Positions 1 through 9,721 of a stretch of 64,000 nucleotides of DNA are shown here, piece by piece. Each line of letters starts with the position of its first letter. Positions within the stretch are counted from its first letter, which is position 1. The position numbers and the translations under genes are program-made. The notes beneath the pieces were generated by a model. That model worked only from the letters and a program-made list of their open reading frames with translations. It was not told the DNA's origin and ran no database searches. The DNA comes from Thermoanaerobaculia bacterium (GTDB taxonomy: Bacteria; Acidobacteriota; Thermoanaerobaculia; UBA5066): contig CAWFJJ010000001.1 of NCBI GenBank assembly GCA_963816185.1, positions 416,001-480,000 on the forward strand. The letters run 5' to 3'.

Positions 1-1
1 G

Positions 2-91
2 TCTCAGTCCCAGGATCCGCCAGGCATCATCGACGTGAAGAGCGGCTCGAAGCAGGTCTCCCTCGACGGATCGCTGTACGACACATGGTGA
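2..91 (+). CDS. 3' end of a type II secretion/type IV pilus pseudopilin (GspG-like), partial
   Basis: Frame +2 reads ...PGIIDVKSGSKQVSLDGSLYDTW*, resembling the DVxSGS...LDG.xYxxW C-terminus of pseudopilins. It overlaps the start of the next prepilin gene. Confidence 0.6.
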   Translation, partial: SQSQDPPGIIDVKSGSKQVSLDGSLYDTW

Positions 92-675
92 AGAGAAACC
101 GCGGTTACACGCTCGTCGCGCTCATGGTCGGACTGACCGTGATGGCGATCCTCATCGCCGCGGTTCTTCCGATGGCCTCGGCCGAGTCGCAGCGCGACAA
201 GGAGGCCGAGCTCATCTTCCGGGGCTTCCAGTACGCCGAGGGCATTCGGACCTTTCACCGACGCTACGGGCGCTATCCCAACACGCTCAAGGAGATGTTC
301 GAGATGCGCCCGCGCACGCTGCGCAAGCTGTGGAAGGACCCGATGACGAACTCCGACAAGTGGGGTCTCATCACCGCCGCGGGCGCGCCTGCAACCATGG
401 GCGGAGCCGTTCCGCCGGGCAGCGGCTTCGTTCCGACGCCGGCGCCGACGCCGACGCCTTCCGTCTTCCCGTCGGCGATGGGCGGACCCGGCAACGACCA
501 GCCGCCCGGCCCGATCATGGGCGTCTACTCGACGTCGAAGAAGAAGGGATACCGCCAGTTCTCGGGCCGAGAGAACTACAACGAGTGGCGCTTCACGGAG
601 CAGACGCTCCTCAGCCAGTCCTCGGGGCCTGCGATCCCGCCCGGGCCCGGGTTGCCCACCCCCGTCGCACGCTGA
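85..675 (+). CDS. Type II secretion system minor pseudopilin (prepilin-type N-terminus)
   Basis: KRNRG|YTLVALMVGLTVMAIL prepilin cleavage motif with Ala rather than Glu at +5; RDKEAELIFRG, YPNTLKE and LRKLWKDPMT motifs. Confidence 0.8.
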   Translation: MVKRNRGYTLVALMVGLTVMAILIAAVLPMASAESQRDKEAELIFRGFQYAEGIRTFHRRYGRYPNTLKEMFEMRPRTLRKLWKDPMTNSDKWGLITAAGAPATMGGAVPPGSGFVPTPAPTPTPSVFPSAMGGPGNDQPPGPIMGVYSTSKKKGYRQFSGRENYNEWRFTEQTLLSQSSGPAIPPGPGLPTPVAR

Positions 676-680
676 GCCGG

Positions 681-1850
681 CTACCTGTCCGGGGGACGCC
701 GGGCCGCCTCGCGAACGGCAGGCTCGAGGATCTGCGCCGCGAGAGCGTGTCCTTTCGCGCTCCAGTGGATGCCGGCCGGAAGGAAGAGCCGTTCGCCGGC
801 GCGCGCCGCGTCTCGAAAGCCGGGAAGGAGATCCACGACCGGGAGATCACGGCGCCGGCAGGCCTCTTTGACGCGGAAAAAGCCGTCCTCGACCAGCGCG
901 TCCGCGCCAAGAGAGTAGATCTTCAGGACCTTCTGCTTCACCGCGTCGTCCACCAGGAAGCGCGGGGGAACTGTGAAGACGATCGGCGAGGCACCCGAAG
1001 CGCGTGCCTCCCTCTCGAGAGCGCCGAAAAGCGCCCACGTGAGCGCGAATTCCGCCTCGCGTGCCGCGGGTGCGCTCCGAAGCGAGAGATCGACCATCAC
1101 GGGCCGCATCTCCGGTTCGACTCGTTCCGCACTTCTCCCGAAGGCGCGGCTGACGAGCGACCAGAGATGGGAGCGCGCCCCGAGGGCTGCGTCGAGGCGC
1201 CGCGCAGCCGAACGGCCGGGCGCCTCTCCCGGAGGCAAGAGCGCCAGAGAGTCTCCCGCGAGGGCGAAACGCGGCTTCGGCATGCCGTACATCTCGGCGC
1301 TCGCGTTCTCCATCACGTCGTTCCAGAAGAACCCCGCGAGGACGATGTCGGGCGAAAGGCGAGGGGCCCACCGGCGGAGCGTCAGGAGAGCCTGATCCGT
1401 CCCGTAGCCCGGAACGCCGAGATTGATCACCTCGAACGAGGGGCCGAGGAGGGCCGCAAGGCGCCTCGTGACCGGCTCGTCCTGCTTCACGCCGCTGCCG
1501 AATACGAACGAATCGCCGAGGACGACGACGCGCGTCACGCCCGCAGTCTTCTCGCCGTGGTTGACGTCCCGGAACCCGAGCGCGTTCGTGGCGAGGTCCG
1601 CCTGCCACGCTTCGTCGCTCGTGACGCCGGAGACGTTCTTTCGGAGAGTCCATCCGAGCTCCGGATCGATCGCGACGAGCGGTCCGCCGGCGGCCGGCGA
1701 GCCGTAGCGCTCGGCGAGAGGCTGTGGGAAAAAGAGCCTGAGGCCGGCCTCGGCGAGTCCAAGTCCGAGCGCGAGCGCGACGAGCGCGATCCCGGCGTTT
1801 TTTCCGAGCTCTCTCGAGGGGATTGTTCGCTCCTTCCCGTCCGGAGGCAT
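681..1850 (-). CDS. SGNH/GDSL hydrolase family membrane-anchored protein
   Basis: N-terminal TM helix (AEAGLRLF), NALGFRD, LGDSFVFG (GDS motif), INLGVPGYG and IHWSAKGH. Confidence 0.85.
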   Translation of the reverse strand: MPPDGKERTIPSRELGKNAGIALVALALGLGLAEAGLRLFFPQPLAERYGSPAAGGPLVAIDPELGWTLRKNVSGVTSDEAWQADLATNALGFRDVNHGEKTAGVTRVVVLGDSFVFGSGVKQDEPVTRRLAALLGPSFEVINLGVPGYGTDQALLTLRRWAPRLSPDIVLAGFFWNDVMENASAEMYGMPKPRFALAGDSLALLPPGEAPGRSAARRLDAALGARSHLWSLVSRAFGRSAERVEPEMRPVMVDLSLRSAPAAREAEFALTWALFGALEREARASGASPIVFTVPPRFLVDDAVKQKVLKIYSLGADALVEDGFFRVKEACRRRDLPVVDLLPGFRDAARAGERLFLPAGIHWSAKGHALAAQILEPAVREAARRPPDR

Positions 1851-1897
1851 TGTCGCCCCGACGCGCTCGAATCTCTCGCCGTCAACTAGAATCAGAC

Positions 1898-3205
1898 GTG
1901 CTCGTGAGGAAGCTCCCGGACGGGACGGCGGTGTGGCTGGACCGGATGCGCGACGTGAAAAGTCTCGCGCTCTCGATCACGATGGCGGGCGGCTCGGCTT
2001 CCGAGGAGCCGGTCGAACGCGGCGCGACGCACTTCCTCGAGCACGTTCTCTTCAAGCGGACTCCCCGGCGCTCGGGAGCCGCCGTCGCGCGGATCACCGA
2101 CCGCCTCGGCGGCGACTGCGACGCGTACACGACGAAGGAGTGCGTTTCGTTCCACGCGCGCGTGCCGGCGGAGCGGGCGAAAGAGGCCGTGGATCTCCTC
2201 GTCGACCTCACGTCCTCGCCCGCGTTCACGGCTGCGGACGTGGATGTGGAGCGCGGCGTCATCCTCGAGGAGATGGCCGAGGCCGAGGACGTGCCCGACG
2301 ACTTCCTGCACGAGAGCTTTCTCCGGCGTCTCTGGCCGGCGCACGCGCTCGGCGCGCCGATTCTCGGCACTCCCGCCAGCGTGAAAGGCCTCACGCGCGC
2401 GCGCCTCGTCCGGCGGTTTCGGGCGATCGCCCGGCCCGAGCGCACGCTCATCGCGGCCGCGGGGGCGTTCGACCCGGATCGTCTCATCGCGCTCTTCTCC
2501 CGCGGGCGCGGGCGCCGAGAGACGGCTCCGGTTCGCCTCGCGCCCGCGGTTCGGAAGCCTCGCGCCGCCCATTGCGCCTTTCACCTCGCGCGGCCGGACC
2601 TCCAGCAGACGCACGTTGTCGTGGGAGGGCCGACGATCCCGTTCGGCCATCCTCTCGTCCCGGCCGCCTGGATCGCGAACGAGGTTCTCGGGGGAGGTGT
2701 CTCGTCCCGCCTGTGGCGCGACGTGCGCGAGCGGCGGGGCCTCGCGTACGCCGTCGGGACCGGCCTGACCCTGCACCGCGAGGCCGGTGTCGCCTTCGTC
2801 TCGGCCGCGACACAGCCGAAGAACCTCGCGCGTCTCGTCGCGACGATGGCCCGCGCCCTCCGTCGCTTCCGCGAGGAGGGGGTCACGAGGTCGGAGCTGC
2901 TGCGTGCGAAGAACCTGTTTCACGCGGAGGCCGCGCTCTCCCTCGAATCCACGGCCGCCCGTCGCGAGAAGGCGGTGCAGTCCTGGCTGTACCGGGGCCG
3001 CCCTTACCCGACCGAGGAATTCCTCGCCGACGTGGACCGCGTCACGGTCGAGGACGTGTCCGCCGCGATCCGGCGTCTCTATGGCGACGCACGGGACGCG
3101 GGGCGCCTCGGTCTCGGCATTGCGGGGCCGCTTCCCGCCGGGACGCGGCCGGAAGCCTTCGCCCGCAGCCTTGCGGATGATGTCGCCGAGGTGCTGGCGG
3201 CATGA
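1898..3205 (+). CDS. M16 family (pitrilysin/insulinase) zinc peptidase
   Basis: HFLEH (HxxEH), AYTTKE, ERGVILEE and LGGGVSSRLWRDVRERRGLAY. GTG start lies 5 nt after TAGAAT. Confidence 0.9.
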   Translation: MLVRKLPDGTAVWLDRMRDVKSLALSITMAGGSASEEPVERGATHFLEHVLFKRTPRRSGAAVARITDRLGGDCDAYTTKECVSFHARVPAERAKEAVDLLVDLTSSPAFTAADVDVERGVILEEMAEAEDVPDDFLHESFLRRLWPAHALGAPILGTPASVKGLTRARLVRRFRAIARPERTLIAAAGAFDPDRLIALFSRGRGRRETAPVRLAPAVRKPRAAHCAFHLARPDLQQTHVVVGGPTIPFGHPLVPAAWIANEVLGGGVSSRLWRDVRERRGLAYAVGTGLTLHREAGVAFVSAATQPKNLARLVATMARALRRFREEGVTRSELLRAKNLFHAEAALSLESTAARREKAVQSWLYRGRPYPTEEFLADVDRVTVEDVSAAIRRLYGDARDAGRLGLGIAGPLPAGTRPEAFARSLADDVAEVLAA

Positions 3206-3663
3206 CGGGCGGCGCGAAAGTTCCCGTGCGCTACCGGATGGCCGAGGCCTTCAGGGACCTCGCGCCTCCCGTCTACGCCTCCGACGGCGCCGCCGGCGCC
3301 GACCTCCGCGCCGCCCTCGAAAAGCCGCTCGTCGTGGCTCCGGGAGAACGCGTCCTCGTTCCGACGGGCCTCGTGCTCGAGATCCCGGGAGGCTACGAGG
3401 GTCAGGTGCGGGCCCGCTCCGGCCTCGCCCTGAGAATGGGGCTCGCGCTCGCCAACGGCGTCGGAACGATCGACGCGGACTACCGCGGCGAGGTGGGCGT
3501 TCTCGTCGTGAATCTCGGGGCGGAGCCCGTGACGGTGAGGCGCGGCGACCGGATCGCGCAGCTCGTCGTCGCGCCCGTCGCGCGCGCGGTCTTCGAGGAA
3601 GCTGCGGACCTCGTCGACACGGCGCGCGGGGCAGGCGGCTTCGGCAGCACGGGGGCGCGGTGA
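3202..3663 (+). CDS. dut: dUTP diphosphatase
   Basis: AAGADL, RARSGLA, GTIDADYRGE, GDRIAQL and RGAGGFGSTG motifs. Confidence 0.97.
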   Translation: MTGGAKVPVRYRMAEAFRDLAPPVYASDGAAGADLRAALEKPLVVAPGERVLVPTGLVLEIPGGYEGQVRARSGLALRMGLALANGVGTIDADYRGEVGVLVVNLGAEPVTVRRGDRIAQLVVAPVARAVFEEAADLVDTARGAGGFGSTGAR

Positions 3664-4436
3664 TCGAGGTCTGCTTCCTCGGCTCGGGCTCGTCGGGGAA
3701 CTGCGCGGTCGTGCGCGCGAACGGGACGAGCGTCCTCGTGGACGCGGGTCTCTCGACGAAAGAGACCGAGCGGCGCCTCGCCCTGCGCGGAACGTCTCTG
3801 GATTCGATTTCCGCGATTTTCCTCACGCACGAGCACGCGGACCACGTCCACGCCGCTCTGGACCTGAATCGCCGGCGCGGCATCCCCGTTTACGCGTCGC
3901 GCGGCACGGCCGTGGCCGGCGGATTTCCGGGGCCGCTCTTCGCGGACGTGCGGCCCGTCGCGGGCGGGATGGAGATGATCCTGGGCGGCCTCCACGTGCG
4001 CGTCACGTCCACGCCGCACGACGGCGCCGAATCGGTGTGTTTCGTCTTCGCGGACGGAGACGGGCGGCGCGTGGGGATCGTCACCGATCTCGGGCACCTT
4101 TCGCCCGCCGTCCACGAGGCTCTTCGAGACTGCGACGTGCTCGGGCTCGAGGCGAATCACGACGAGGATCTCCTGCGGTCCGGACCGTATCCGCCGTACC
4201 TCAAGAGGCGCATCCTCTCGGCCGTGGGGCATCTCTCGAACGAGAGCGCGGCGGAGGGCCTCAGGCGTCTCGTCGGGCCGCGGACGGCCGCGGTGGTCGC
4301 GCTCCACGTGTCGCGGCACAACAACACGAGCGCGCTCGCCGAGCGCGTCTTCCGCGAGGCTCTCGACGAGACGGGGACGGAGGCGTCCCTCGTGGTCGCC
4401 CGGCACGACGAGCCCACGGGCTGGATCGGAACCTAG
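3660..4436 (+). CDS. MBL-fold metallo-hydrolase (YycJ/WalJ-like)
   Basis: LGSGSSGN, THEHADH, TDLG, LEANHD and GHLSN motifs. GTG start overlaps the dut stop. Confidence 0.9.
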   Translation: MIEVCFLGSGSSGNCAVVRANGTSVLVDAGLSTKETERRLALRGTSLDSISAIFLTHEHADHVHAALDLNRRRGIPVYASRGTAVAGGFPGPLFADVRPVAGGMEMILGGLHVRVTSTPHDGAESVCFVFADGDGRRVGIVTDLGHLSPAVHEALRDCDVLGLEANHDEDLLRSGPYPPYLKRRILSAVGHLSNESAAEGLRRLVGPRTAAVVALHVSRHNNTSALAERVFREALDETGTEASLVVARHDEPTGWIGT

Positions 4437-4448
4437 GAGGAGTCGCCG

Positions 4449-4718
4449 ATGACGGTTCTCGTGAAGGTCATGCTCAAGCCTGGAGTCCTCGATCCCCAGG
4501 GAAAGGCGATCGCCGACGCTCTCCACCGCCTCGGATACGAATCGGTCTCGGACGTGAGGGCCGGAAAGCTCTTCCGCGTCGAGGTCGACACGAACGACCC
4601 GAAGGCGGCGAAGGAGGCCGGCGCGCAGATGGCTGGCAAGCTCCTCGCGAATCCCGTCATCGAGGACTACGAGGTGCTGCTCGAGTCCGCGGGGGCGCCG
4701 GCCGGAGCGGCCCGGTGA
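4449..4718 (+). CDS. purS: Phosphoribosylformylglycinamidine synthase subunit PurS
   Basis: LKPGVLDPQG and LLANPVIEDY motifs; AGGAGG SD upstream. Confidence 0.96.
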   Translation: MTVLVKVMLKPGVLDPQGKAIADALHRLGYESVSDVRAGKLFRVEVDTNDPKAAKEAGAQMAGKLLANPVIEDYEVLLESAGAPAGAAR

Positions 4719-5437
4719 GCGGCGCCGCGCCGCCCCGCGTCGCCGTCGTCGTCTTTCCGGGCAGCAATTGCGACGAGGATGCCGCGCGGGCCGCACGGAA
4801 CGTGCTCCAGGCCGAGGTGAAGATGGTGCGCCACGACGAGCGCACCCTCGGCGATCCCGACCTCGTGATCCTTCCGGGAGGCTTCGCCTACGGCGATTAC
4901 CTGAGGAGCGGCGCGATGGCGCGCTTCTCGCCGGTCATGGAGTCCGTGGCCGCCTTCGCGGGGCAGGGCGGGGCGGTGCTCGGCATCTGCAACGGCTTCC
5001 AGATCCTCTGCGAGGCCTCTCTCCTGCCGGGAGCGATGCTCAGGAACGCGGGCCTTCGCTTCGTCTGCCGGGACGTCTTTCTGCGCGTCGAGTCCAAGCG
5101 CACGCCGTTCACGCTCGCGATCAACAAGGGCGACGTCCTCAGGATGCCGATCGCGCACGGGGAGGGGAACTGGACCGCCGAGCGGCGCGTCTTCGAGGAG
5201 ATGATCGCGCGGGACCAGATCGTCTTCCGCTACGTGAGGAGCGACGGCTCGCGCGGCGAGGGCGCGAACCCGAACGGCTCGCTGGACGACGTGGCGGGTA
5301 TCTGCAACGTGAAAGGGAACGTGGTCGGCCTCATGCCGCACCCCGAGCGCGCCTCCGAGGAGCTCCTCGGCGGCACCGACGGCGCGCGCCTGTTCAAGTC
5401 TTTCGCGACGACCCGCATGGCGATGCACGGGGCGTAA
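4715..5437 (+). CDS. purQ: Phosphoribosylformylglycinamidine synthase subunit PurQ (glutaminase)
   Basis: FPGSNCD, PGGFAYGDYLR, GICNGFQ and MPHPER motifs. Confidence 0.97.
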   Translation: MSGAAPPRVAVVVFPGSNCDEDAARAARNVLQAEVKMVRHDERTLGDPDLVILPGGFAYGDYLRSGAMARFSPVMESVAAFAGQGGAVLGICNGFQILCEASLLPGAMLRNAGLRFVCRDVFLRVESKRTPFTLAINKGDVLRMPIAHGEGNWTAERRVFEEMIARDQIVFRYVRSDGSRGEGANPNGSLDDVAGICNVKGNVVGLMPHPERASEELLGGTDGARLFKSFATTRMAMHGA

Positions 5438-5452
5438 GGAGAGAATTTCGCA

Positions 5453-5599
5453 ATGGCGCTGAAAATCCAGGATCAGAAGGCGAAGATCGATCGGCTCCTT
5501 CGCCAGTTTTGGGCCACTCTTCCGAAGGGAGTCCTCGGGAGGAAGATTTCTAAGAAAGAGCGCGAGCGCATCCTTGGATATGGCCCTCAGGGCGTGTGA
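5453..5599 (+). CDS. vapB: Short VapB-type antitoxin, 48 aa, apparently internally deleted
   Basis: Not in the ORF track: MALKIQDQKAKIDRLLRQFWATLPKGVLGRKISKKERERILGYGPQGV*. AAGGAG SD upstream. MALxI start and ILGYGPxGV end are typical of VapB partners. GTGA overlap with vapC. Confidence 0.7.
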   Translation: MALKIQDQKAKIDRLLRQFWATLPKGVLGRKISKKERERILGYGPQGV

Positions 5600-5826
5600 T
5601 CGTTGACGAGTCTGTGCTCGTCCGCGACTTCGGAATCGTCGTGATTCCCTTCGAGGAAGAGCACGCGCGAGCGGCGGCCGAGGCGTTCGCTCGATTCGGG
5701 AAAGGCCGACACCGGGCCGCTCTCAACTTCGGAGACTGCATGAGCTATGCGGTCGCGAAGCTCGCAGGGCAGCCGCTGCTCTGCACGGGAACGGATTTCG
5801 CGAAGACCGACCTGAAGCTCGCCTGA
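5596..5826 (+). CDS. vapC: VapC PIN-domain toxin, shortened to 76 aa, possibly a pseudogene
   Basis: MIVD start followed almost directly by the C-terminal half (RFGKGRHRAALNFGDCMSYAVAK...DFAKTD). About 50 central residues of a typical VapC are missing. Confidence 0.75.
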   Translation: MIVDESVLVRDFGIVVIPFEEEHARAAAEAFARFGKGRHRAALNFGDCMSYAVAKLAGQPLLCTGTDFAKTDLKLA

Positions 5827-5831
5827 ACGGC

Positions 5832-6707
5832 TCAGCGCGTCTTCATCCACGCGACGCACGTCTCGAGCTCGTTGCGCATCGCGGCGGGGGAGTCGGCGTG
5901 GTAGGTCTCGCCGTGGCCCGGCAGGACGCGCGTGAAGGAAAAGTCGAGCAGGCGCTCCATCGACCGGATCTGCTCTTTCCACGAGTACCAGCACGCGTCG
6001 TGGAAGGCGACGAGGTGTCCGCGCCGCTTCGAGAAGGCCAGGTGATCGCCCGTGAAGAGGACCGTGTCCTTCCAGAGCAGCACGGCGTGGCCGCGCGTGT
6101 GGCCGGGAGTCGGGATCGCGACGAGATCGTCCGCGAGCCGGACGGGCTCGTCGCCTTCGAGGGCGCGTTCGGGCGGCTCGCCGAGAGCTGCGGCGTCCCG
6201 GGCATGGATCACGCGGTCACAGCCGAAGCGCTTCCGGAGCGCTAAGTGGTCGGCGACGTCGTCGCGGTGCGTGAGGAACAGAGTCGCGACGCCGCCGAGG
6301 CGCTCGAGGCCCGAGAGCAGCGGCGCGGCTGCGCGCGGCGAGTCCACGAGCACGTTCCCCCCGGAGCGAGCCGCGAGCCAGCTCCAGGCGCCAAACGACT
6401 TCTCGGACGTGTAGCCGCAGAAGTAAGCGCCGTCCCCGTACGGCTCCGGAAATGCGTTCGCGGCCTCCCGGGTCTTCGCGGCCCGGTGCGAAGCTCCGAT
6501 CGAGCCTGTCGGGCACGCGACCAGCGCCGCGAGCGCGCGGGATTCCGCCGCCGCGTCGCCCGGCTGGCGCGCCACGTACGAAAAGCCGTCGCCCTGCGTG
6601 AAAACCTCCGGCGCCATCTGCCGGCACGTCGCGCAGTCGATGCATGTGCGGTCGACGTAGAAATCTCCGGGCGCGTTCTCGGGAAGCCTCTCGGCGGGCC
6701 GTGCCAC
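5832..6707 (-). CDS. Ferredoxin-fused MBL-fold metallo-hydrolase
   Basis: N-terminal CIDCATC...ACPTGSIG ferredoxin motif; THRDDVADH, TPGHTRGH, FTGDH and LPGHG. Confidence 0.88.
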   Translation of the reverse strand: MARPAERLPENAPGDFYVDRTCIDCATCRQMAPEVFTQGDGFSYVARQPGDAAAESRALAALVACPTGSIGASHRAAKTREAANAFPEPYGDGAYFCGYTSEKSFGAWSWLAARSGGNVLVDSPRAAAPLLSGLERLGGVATLFLTHRDDVADHLALRKRFGCDRVIHARDAAALGEPPERALEGDEPVRLADDLVAIPTPGHTRGHAVLLWKDTVLFTGDHLAFSKRRGHLVAFHDACWYSWKEQIRSMERLLDFSFTRVLPGHGETYHADSPAAMRNELETCVAWMKTR

Positions 6708-6742
6708 ATGGAAAGAACGCTGCGGTTTCGGACGCTATTCCA

Positions 6743-6832
6743 GGGATTTCTTCTGAAAGGAAAGAAATTCAAATGCGCGTCGCCCGATCGCGGCCGCTTG
6801 GCCTCAGCCACATTCCCTTTCTAAGAAATCCC
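6743..6832. repeat. Convergent pair of the TTTCTTAGAA-family motif (imperfect inverted repeat about 90 bp across)
   Basis: GGGATTTCTTCTGAAAGG (6743-6760) and CCCTTTCTAAGAAATCCC (6815-6832). Confidence 0.6.
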
Positions 6833-6873
6833 CGGTGGGAAATCTCCGGCCTGAGATAACGTGACCCGGCCTC

Positions 6874-8193
6874 ATGACGTCATTCGGCGTGCCCCGGCGC
6901 CTCATCGGACTCGTCGACGCGACGGCGCTCGTCGTCGGCTCGATGATCGGCTCGGGCATCTTCATCGTGTCGGCCGAATCCGCGCGGCTCGTGGGAACGC
7001 CGGCCAGGCTGCTCGCGGTGTGGGCCCTCGCGGGCTTGCTCACGCTTCTGGCGGCGAATGCGTGCGCCGAGCTCGCCACGATGTTCCCGCTCGCGGGCGG
7101 CCCCTACGTCTTCTTCCGGGAGGCATACGGGCCGCTCGCGGGCTTTCTTTACGGCTGGACGATGGCGCTCGTCATCCAGACGGGCACGATCGCGGCGGTC
7201 GCCGTCGCCTTCGCAAAGTTTCTCGGGATCCTCGTACCGTCCGTCGCGGGCGGCGCGACGAAGGCCGTCGCCGCGTCGGCCGTGCTCGTCCTCAGCGCCA
7301 CGAACGCGCTCGGGCTCAAGACGGGGACGCGCGTGCAAAACGTCCTGACCGTCCTCAAAGTCGCGGCGCTCGCCGCCTTGACCGCGGGCGGAATCGCTTT
7401 CGGCCGGTCGGGAGCGAACATGCCGTCCGAGGGCCCTCCTTTCTCGGGCGCCCTGGTCGTGGCTTTCGCGCTCGCGCTCGTCGGGCCGGCGTTCTCGCAA
7501 TCGGCCTGGACGAACGTGACGTTCCCCGGCGCCGAGGTCAAGGACCCCGGCCGCACGTTCCCGCGCGCACTCCTCCTCGGCTGCGCGCTCGTGACGGGTC
7601 TTTACGTGCTCGCGAACGTCGGATACCTGCGCGCGCTGGGCCTTTCGGGCATCGCCCACGCTGCGCAGGATCGCGTCGGCACCGCGGCGGCGGCGGCTCT
7701 CCTTCCCGGCGGCGGCGCGTGGATGGCCGCCGCGATCCTCGTCTCGACGTTCGGGTGCGTAAACGGCCTTGTTCTTTCCGGCGCGCGCATCGTGTACGCG
7801 CTCGCGGCGGACGGCCATCTTCCGGCCGCGGCCGCGCGCCTGAACGCGACGGGCGTCCCGGGCATCGCGCTCGCGCTGCAAGCCGCATGGACCCTCATCC
7901 TCGTCCTCTCGGGGACGTACTCGGACCTCCTGCGTTACGTGGTGGCGGTGGAGCTCGTCGTCCTCATCCTCCTCGTCCTCGCGGTGCCGGTCCTCCGCCG
8001 AAGGCTTCCCTCCCGCGAGCGGCCCTACCGGGCGTGGGGCCATCCGGGGACGTCCGCGCTGTTCCTCTGCCTCGCGGCATCCGTCGTGATCCTCCTTGCG
8101 ATCGCGAGCCCGCGGACGACGCTGCCCGGATTCGCTCTCGTCCTCTTCGGAATTCCCGTCTTCTTCGTGCGCCGGAGAGGGCGGCCCGCATGA
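6874..8193 (+). CDS. APC family amino acid permease
   Basis: VVGSMIGSGIF, AELATMFPLAGG, EVKDPGRTFPRA and RPYRAWGHP motifs; many TM helices. Confidence 0.9.
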   Translation: MTSFGVPRRLIGLVDATALVVGSMIGSGIFIVSAESARLVGTPARLLAVWALAGLLTLLAANACAELATMFPLAGGPYVFFREAYGPLAGFLYGWTMALVIQTGTIAAVAVAFAKFLGILVPSVAGGATKAVAASAVLVLSATNALGLKTGTRVQNVLTVLKVAALAALTAGGIAFGRSGANMPSEGPPFSGALVVAFALALVGPAFSQSAWTNVTFPGAEVKDPGRTFPRALLLGCALVTGLYVLANVGYLRALGLSGIAHAAQDRVGTAAAAALLPGGGAWMAAAILVSTFGCVNGLVLSGARIVYALAADGHLPAAAARLNATGVPGIALALQAAWTLILVLSGTYSDLLRYVVAVELVVLILLVLAVPVLRRRLPSRERPYRAWGHPGTSALFLCLAASVVILLAIASPRTTLPGFALVLFGIPVFFVRRRGRPA

Positions 8194-8798
8194 AGGAGGC
8201 CGGCGAGTACTCCTGGCTTCTCGCCTTCGAGGGTGAGGAAGCGGAGGCGAACGAGGCCGCCCGGAGCGCCGCCGCCGCGATTCGGACGTCGGGCCTGCCG
8301 GGCCTCGTGGACGTCGTGCCCGCGGCGCGGACCGTCCTCGTCCTGGGCTCGCCAGGGCTTTCTCCTTCTCGACTCGAAGCCTTCGAGGCCTCTTCCCGTG
8401 ACAGAGTCTCCCCACCCCTGCCGCGCAGGCACGAGATCCGGATGACGCCGGACGGCGCCGACCTCGACGAAATTGCCTCGCGCTCAGGCCTTTCGGCCGA
8501 CGCCTTCCTCGAGGTGTTCGTCCAGCTCGATTTCACGGTCGGATTCCTCGGCTTCTCGCCGGGATTCGCCTATCTTTACGGATTGCCGAAGGCGTTCCAT
8601 CTGCCGAGGCGGGGGACACCGCGCGCCGCCGTGCCCGCCGGAAGCGTCGCCCTCGCGGGGCCATACGTCGGCATCTATCCCGCGCCGACTCCGGGCGGGT
8701 GGAACCTCCTCGGGAGGACCGCGCGCCGCCTCTTCGACCTCCGCGCCGACCCGCCTTTTCTCTTCGCGCCGGGCGACCGGGTGCGGTTCCGGCTGTGA
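8190..8798 (+). CDS. pxpB: 5-oxoprolinase subunit B (allophanate hydrolase 1/KipI family)
   Basis: DVVPAARTV, GFLGFSPGFAYL, VPAGSVA and YPAPTPGGWNLLGRT motifs. Confidence 0.9.
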   Translation: MKEAGEYSWLLAFEGEEAEANEAARSAAAAIRTSGLPGLVDVVPAARTVLVLGSPGLSPSRLEAFEASSRDRVSPPLPRRHEIRMTPDGADLDEIASRSGLSADAFLEVFVQLDFTVGFLGFSPGFAYLYGLPKAFHLPRRGTPRAAVPAGSVALAGPYVGIYPAPTPGGWNLLGRTARRLFDLRADPPFLFAPGDRVRFRL

Positions 8799-9721
8799 CC
8801 GAGACCCGAGGATTCCTCGTCCTGGAGCCCGGGCTCCTCACGACGGTGCAGGACCTCGGACGATACGGGTGGGCGTCTTTCGGCGTTCCGGTCGCAGGTG
8901 CGCTCGACGAGGAAGCGCTGCGCCTGGCAAACCGCCTCGTCGGAAATGCCGAAAACGCGGCCGCTCTCGAGATCACGATCGTGGGCCCCGTCCTGCGCGC
9001 GGCGGGCGATCTCCACCTGGCCGTCGTGGGCGGGGCGTTCGGACCGTCGCCCGGGAAGGTGTTTCGCGCCTCGGACGGAGAGATCGTGTCCCTCGCGGCG
9101 GCGCCCGGTGAGACTCGGGCGATCGCGGCAGTCGGCGGCGGGATCGACGTTCCTCTCGTTCTCGGCAGCCGTTCCGCGTGTGTCTCCGGCCGTTTCGGCG
9201 GATTTCAGGGACGGCGCCTCCAACGCGGGGACTTCCTTCCGGTGTTTCCGGCTTCGGCGCCGCCGCTCGTCGAGGGGGTGGCCGACATCGCGCGGCCGGG
9301 CGATGGCGTCGTCGTCCTGCGCGCGTTCTCGGGACCGGATGAAGGCGAATTCGACGCCGCGGCGCGCACGGCGTTCTGGGACACCCCGTGGAAGATCCTC
9401 CCGGAGTCGAACCGCATGGGGTTGAGGCTCTCGGGTCCTTCACTGGGTCTCCTGGAAACGGCCTCGCGCGCGTCCGAAGGGACGACCCGGGGCACCGTCC
9501 AGGTGACCGCCGACGGGCACCCCATCGTGCTCCTCGCGGAGAGGCCGACGACGGGCGGCTATCCGAAGATCGCCGTCGTGGCGGCCGTCGACCTCGATCT
9601 CCTCGCGCGGACGTCGCCGGGCCGAAACGTGCGCTTTGAGAGAATCTCCGTGGGAGAAGCCAGAAAGTTGATGGACGCGCGCGAAGCTCGCATCCGTGCG
9701 TTTCCCGGAGGCCCTGAATGA
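8795..9721 (+). CDS. pxpC: 5-oxoprolinase subunit C (KipA family)
   Basis: PGLLTTVQDLGR, ANRLVGN, SNRMGLRL and PTTGGYPKIA motifs. Confidence 0.9.
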   Translation: MTETRGFLVLEPGLLTTVQDLGRYGWASFGVPVAGALDEEALRLANRLVGNAENAAALEITIVGPVLRAAGDLHLAVVGGAFGPSPGKVFRASDGEIVSLAAAPGETRAIAAVGGGIDVPLVLGSRSACVSGRFGGFQGRRLQRGDFLPVFPASAPPLVEGVADIARPGDGVVVLRAFSGPDEGEFDAAARTAFWDTPWKILPESNRMGLRLSGPSLGLLETASRASEGTTRGTVQVTADGHPIVLLAERPTTGGYPKIAVVAAVDLDLLARTSPGRNVRFERISVGEARKLMDAREARIRAFPGGPE

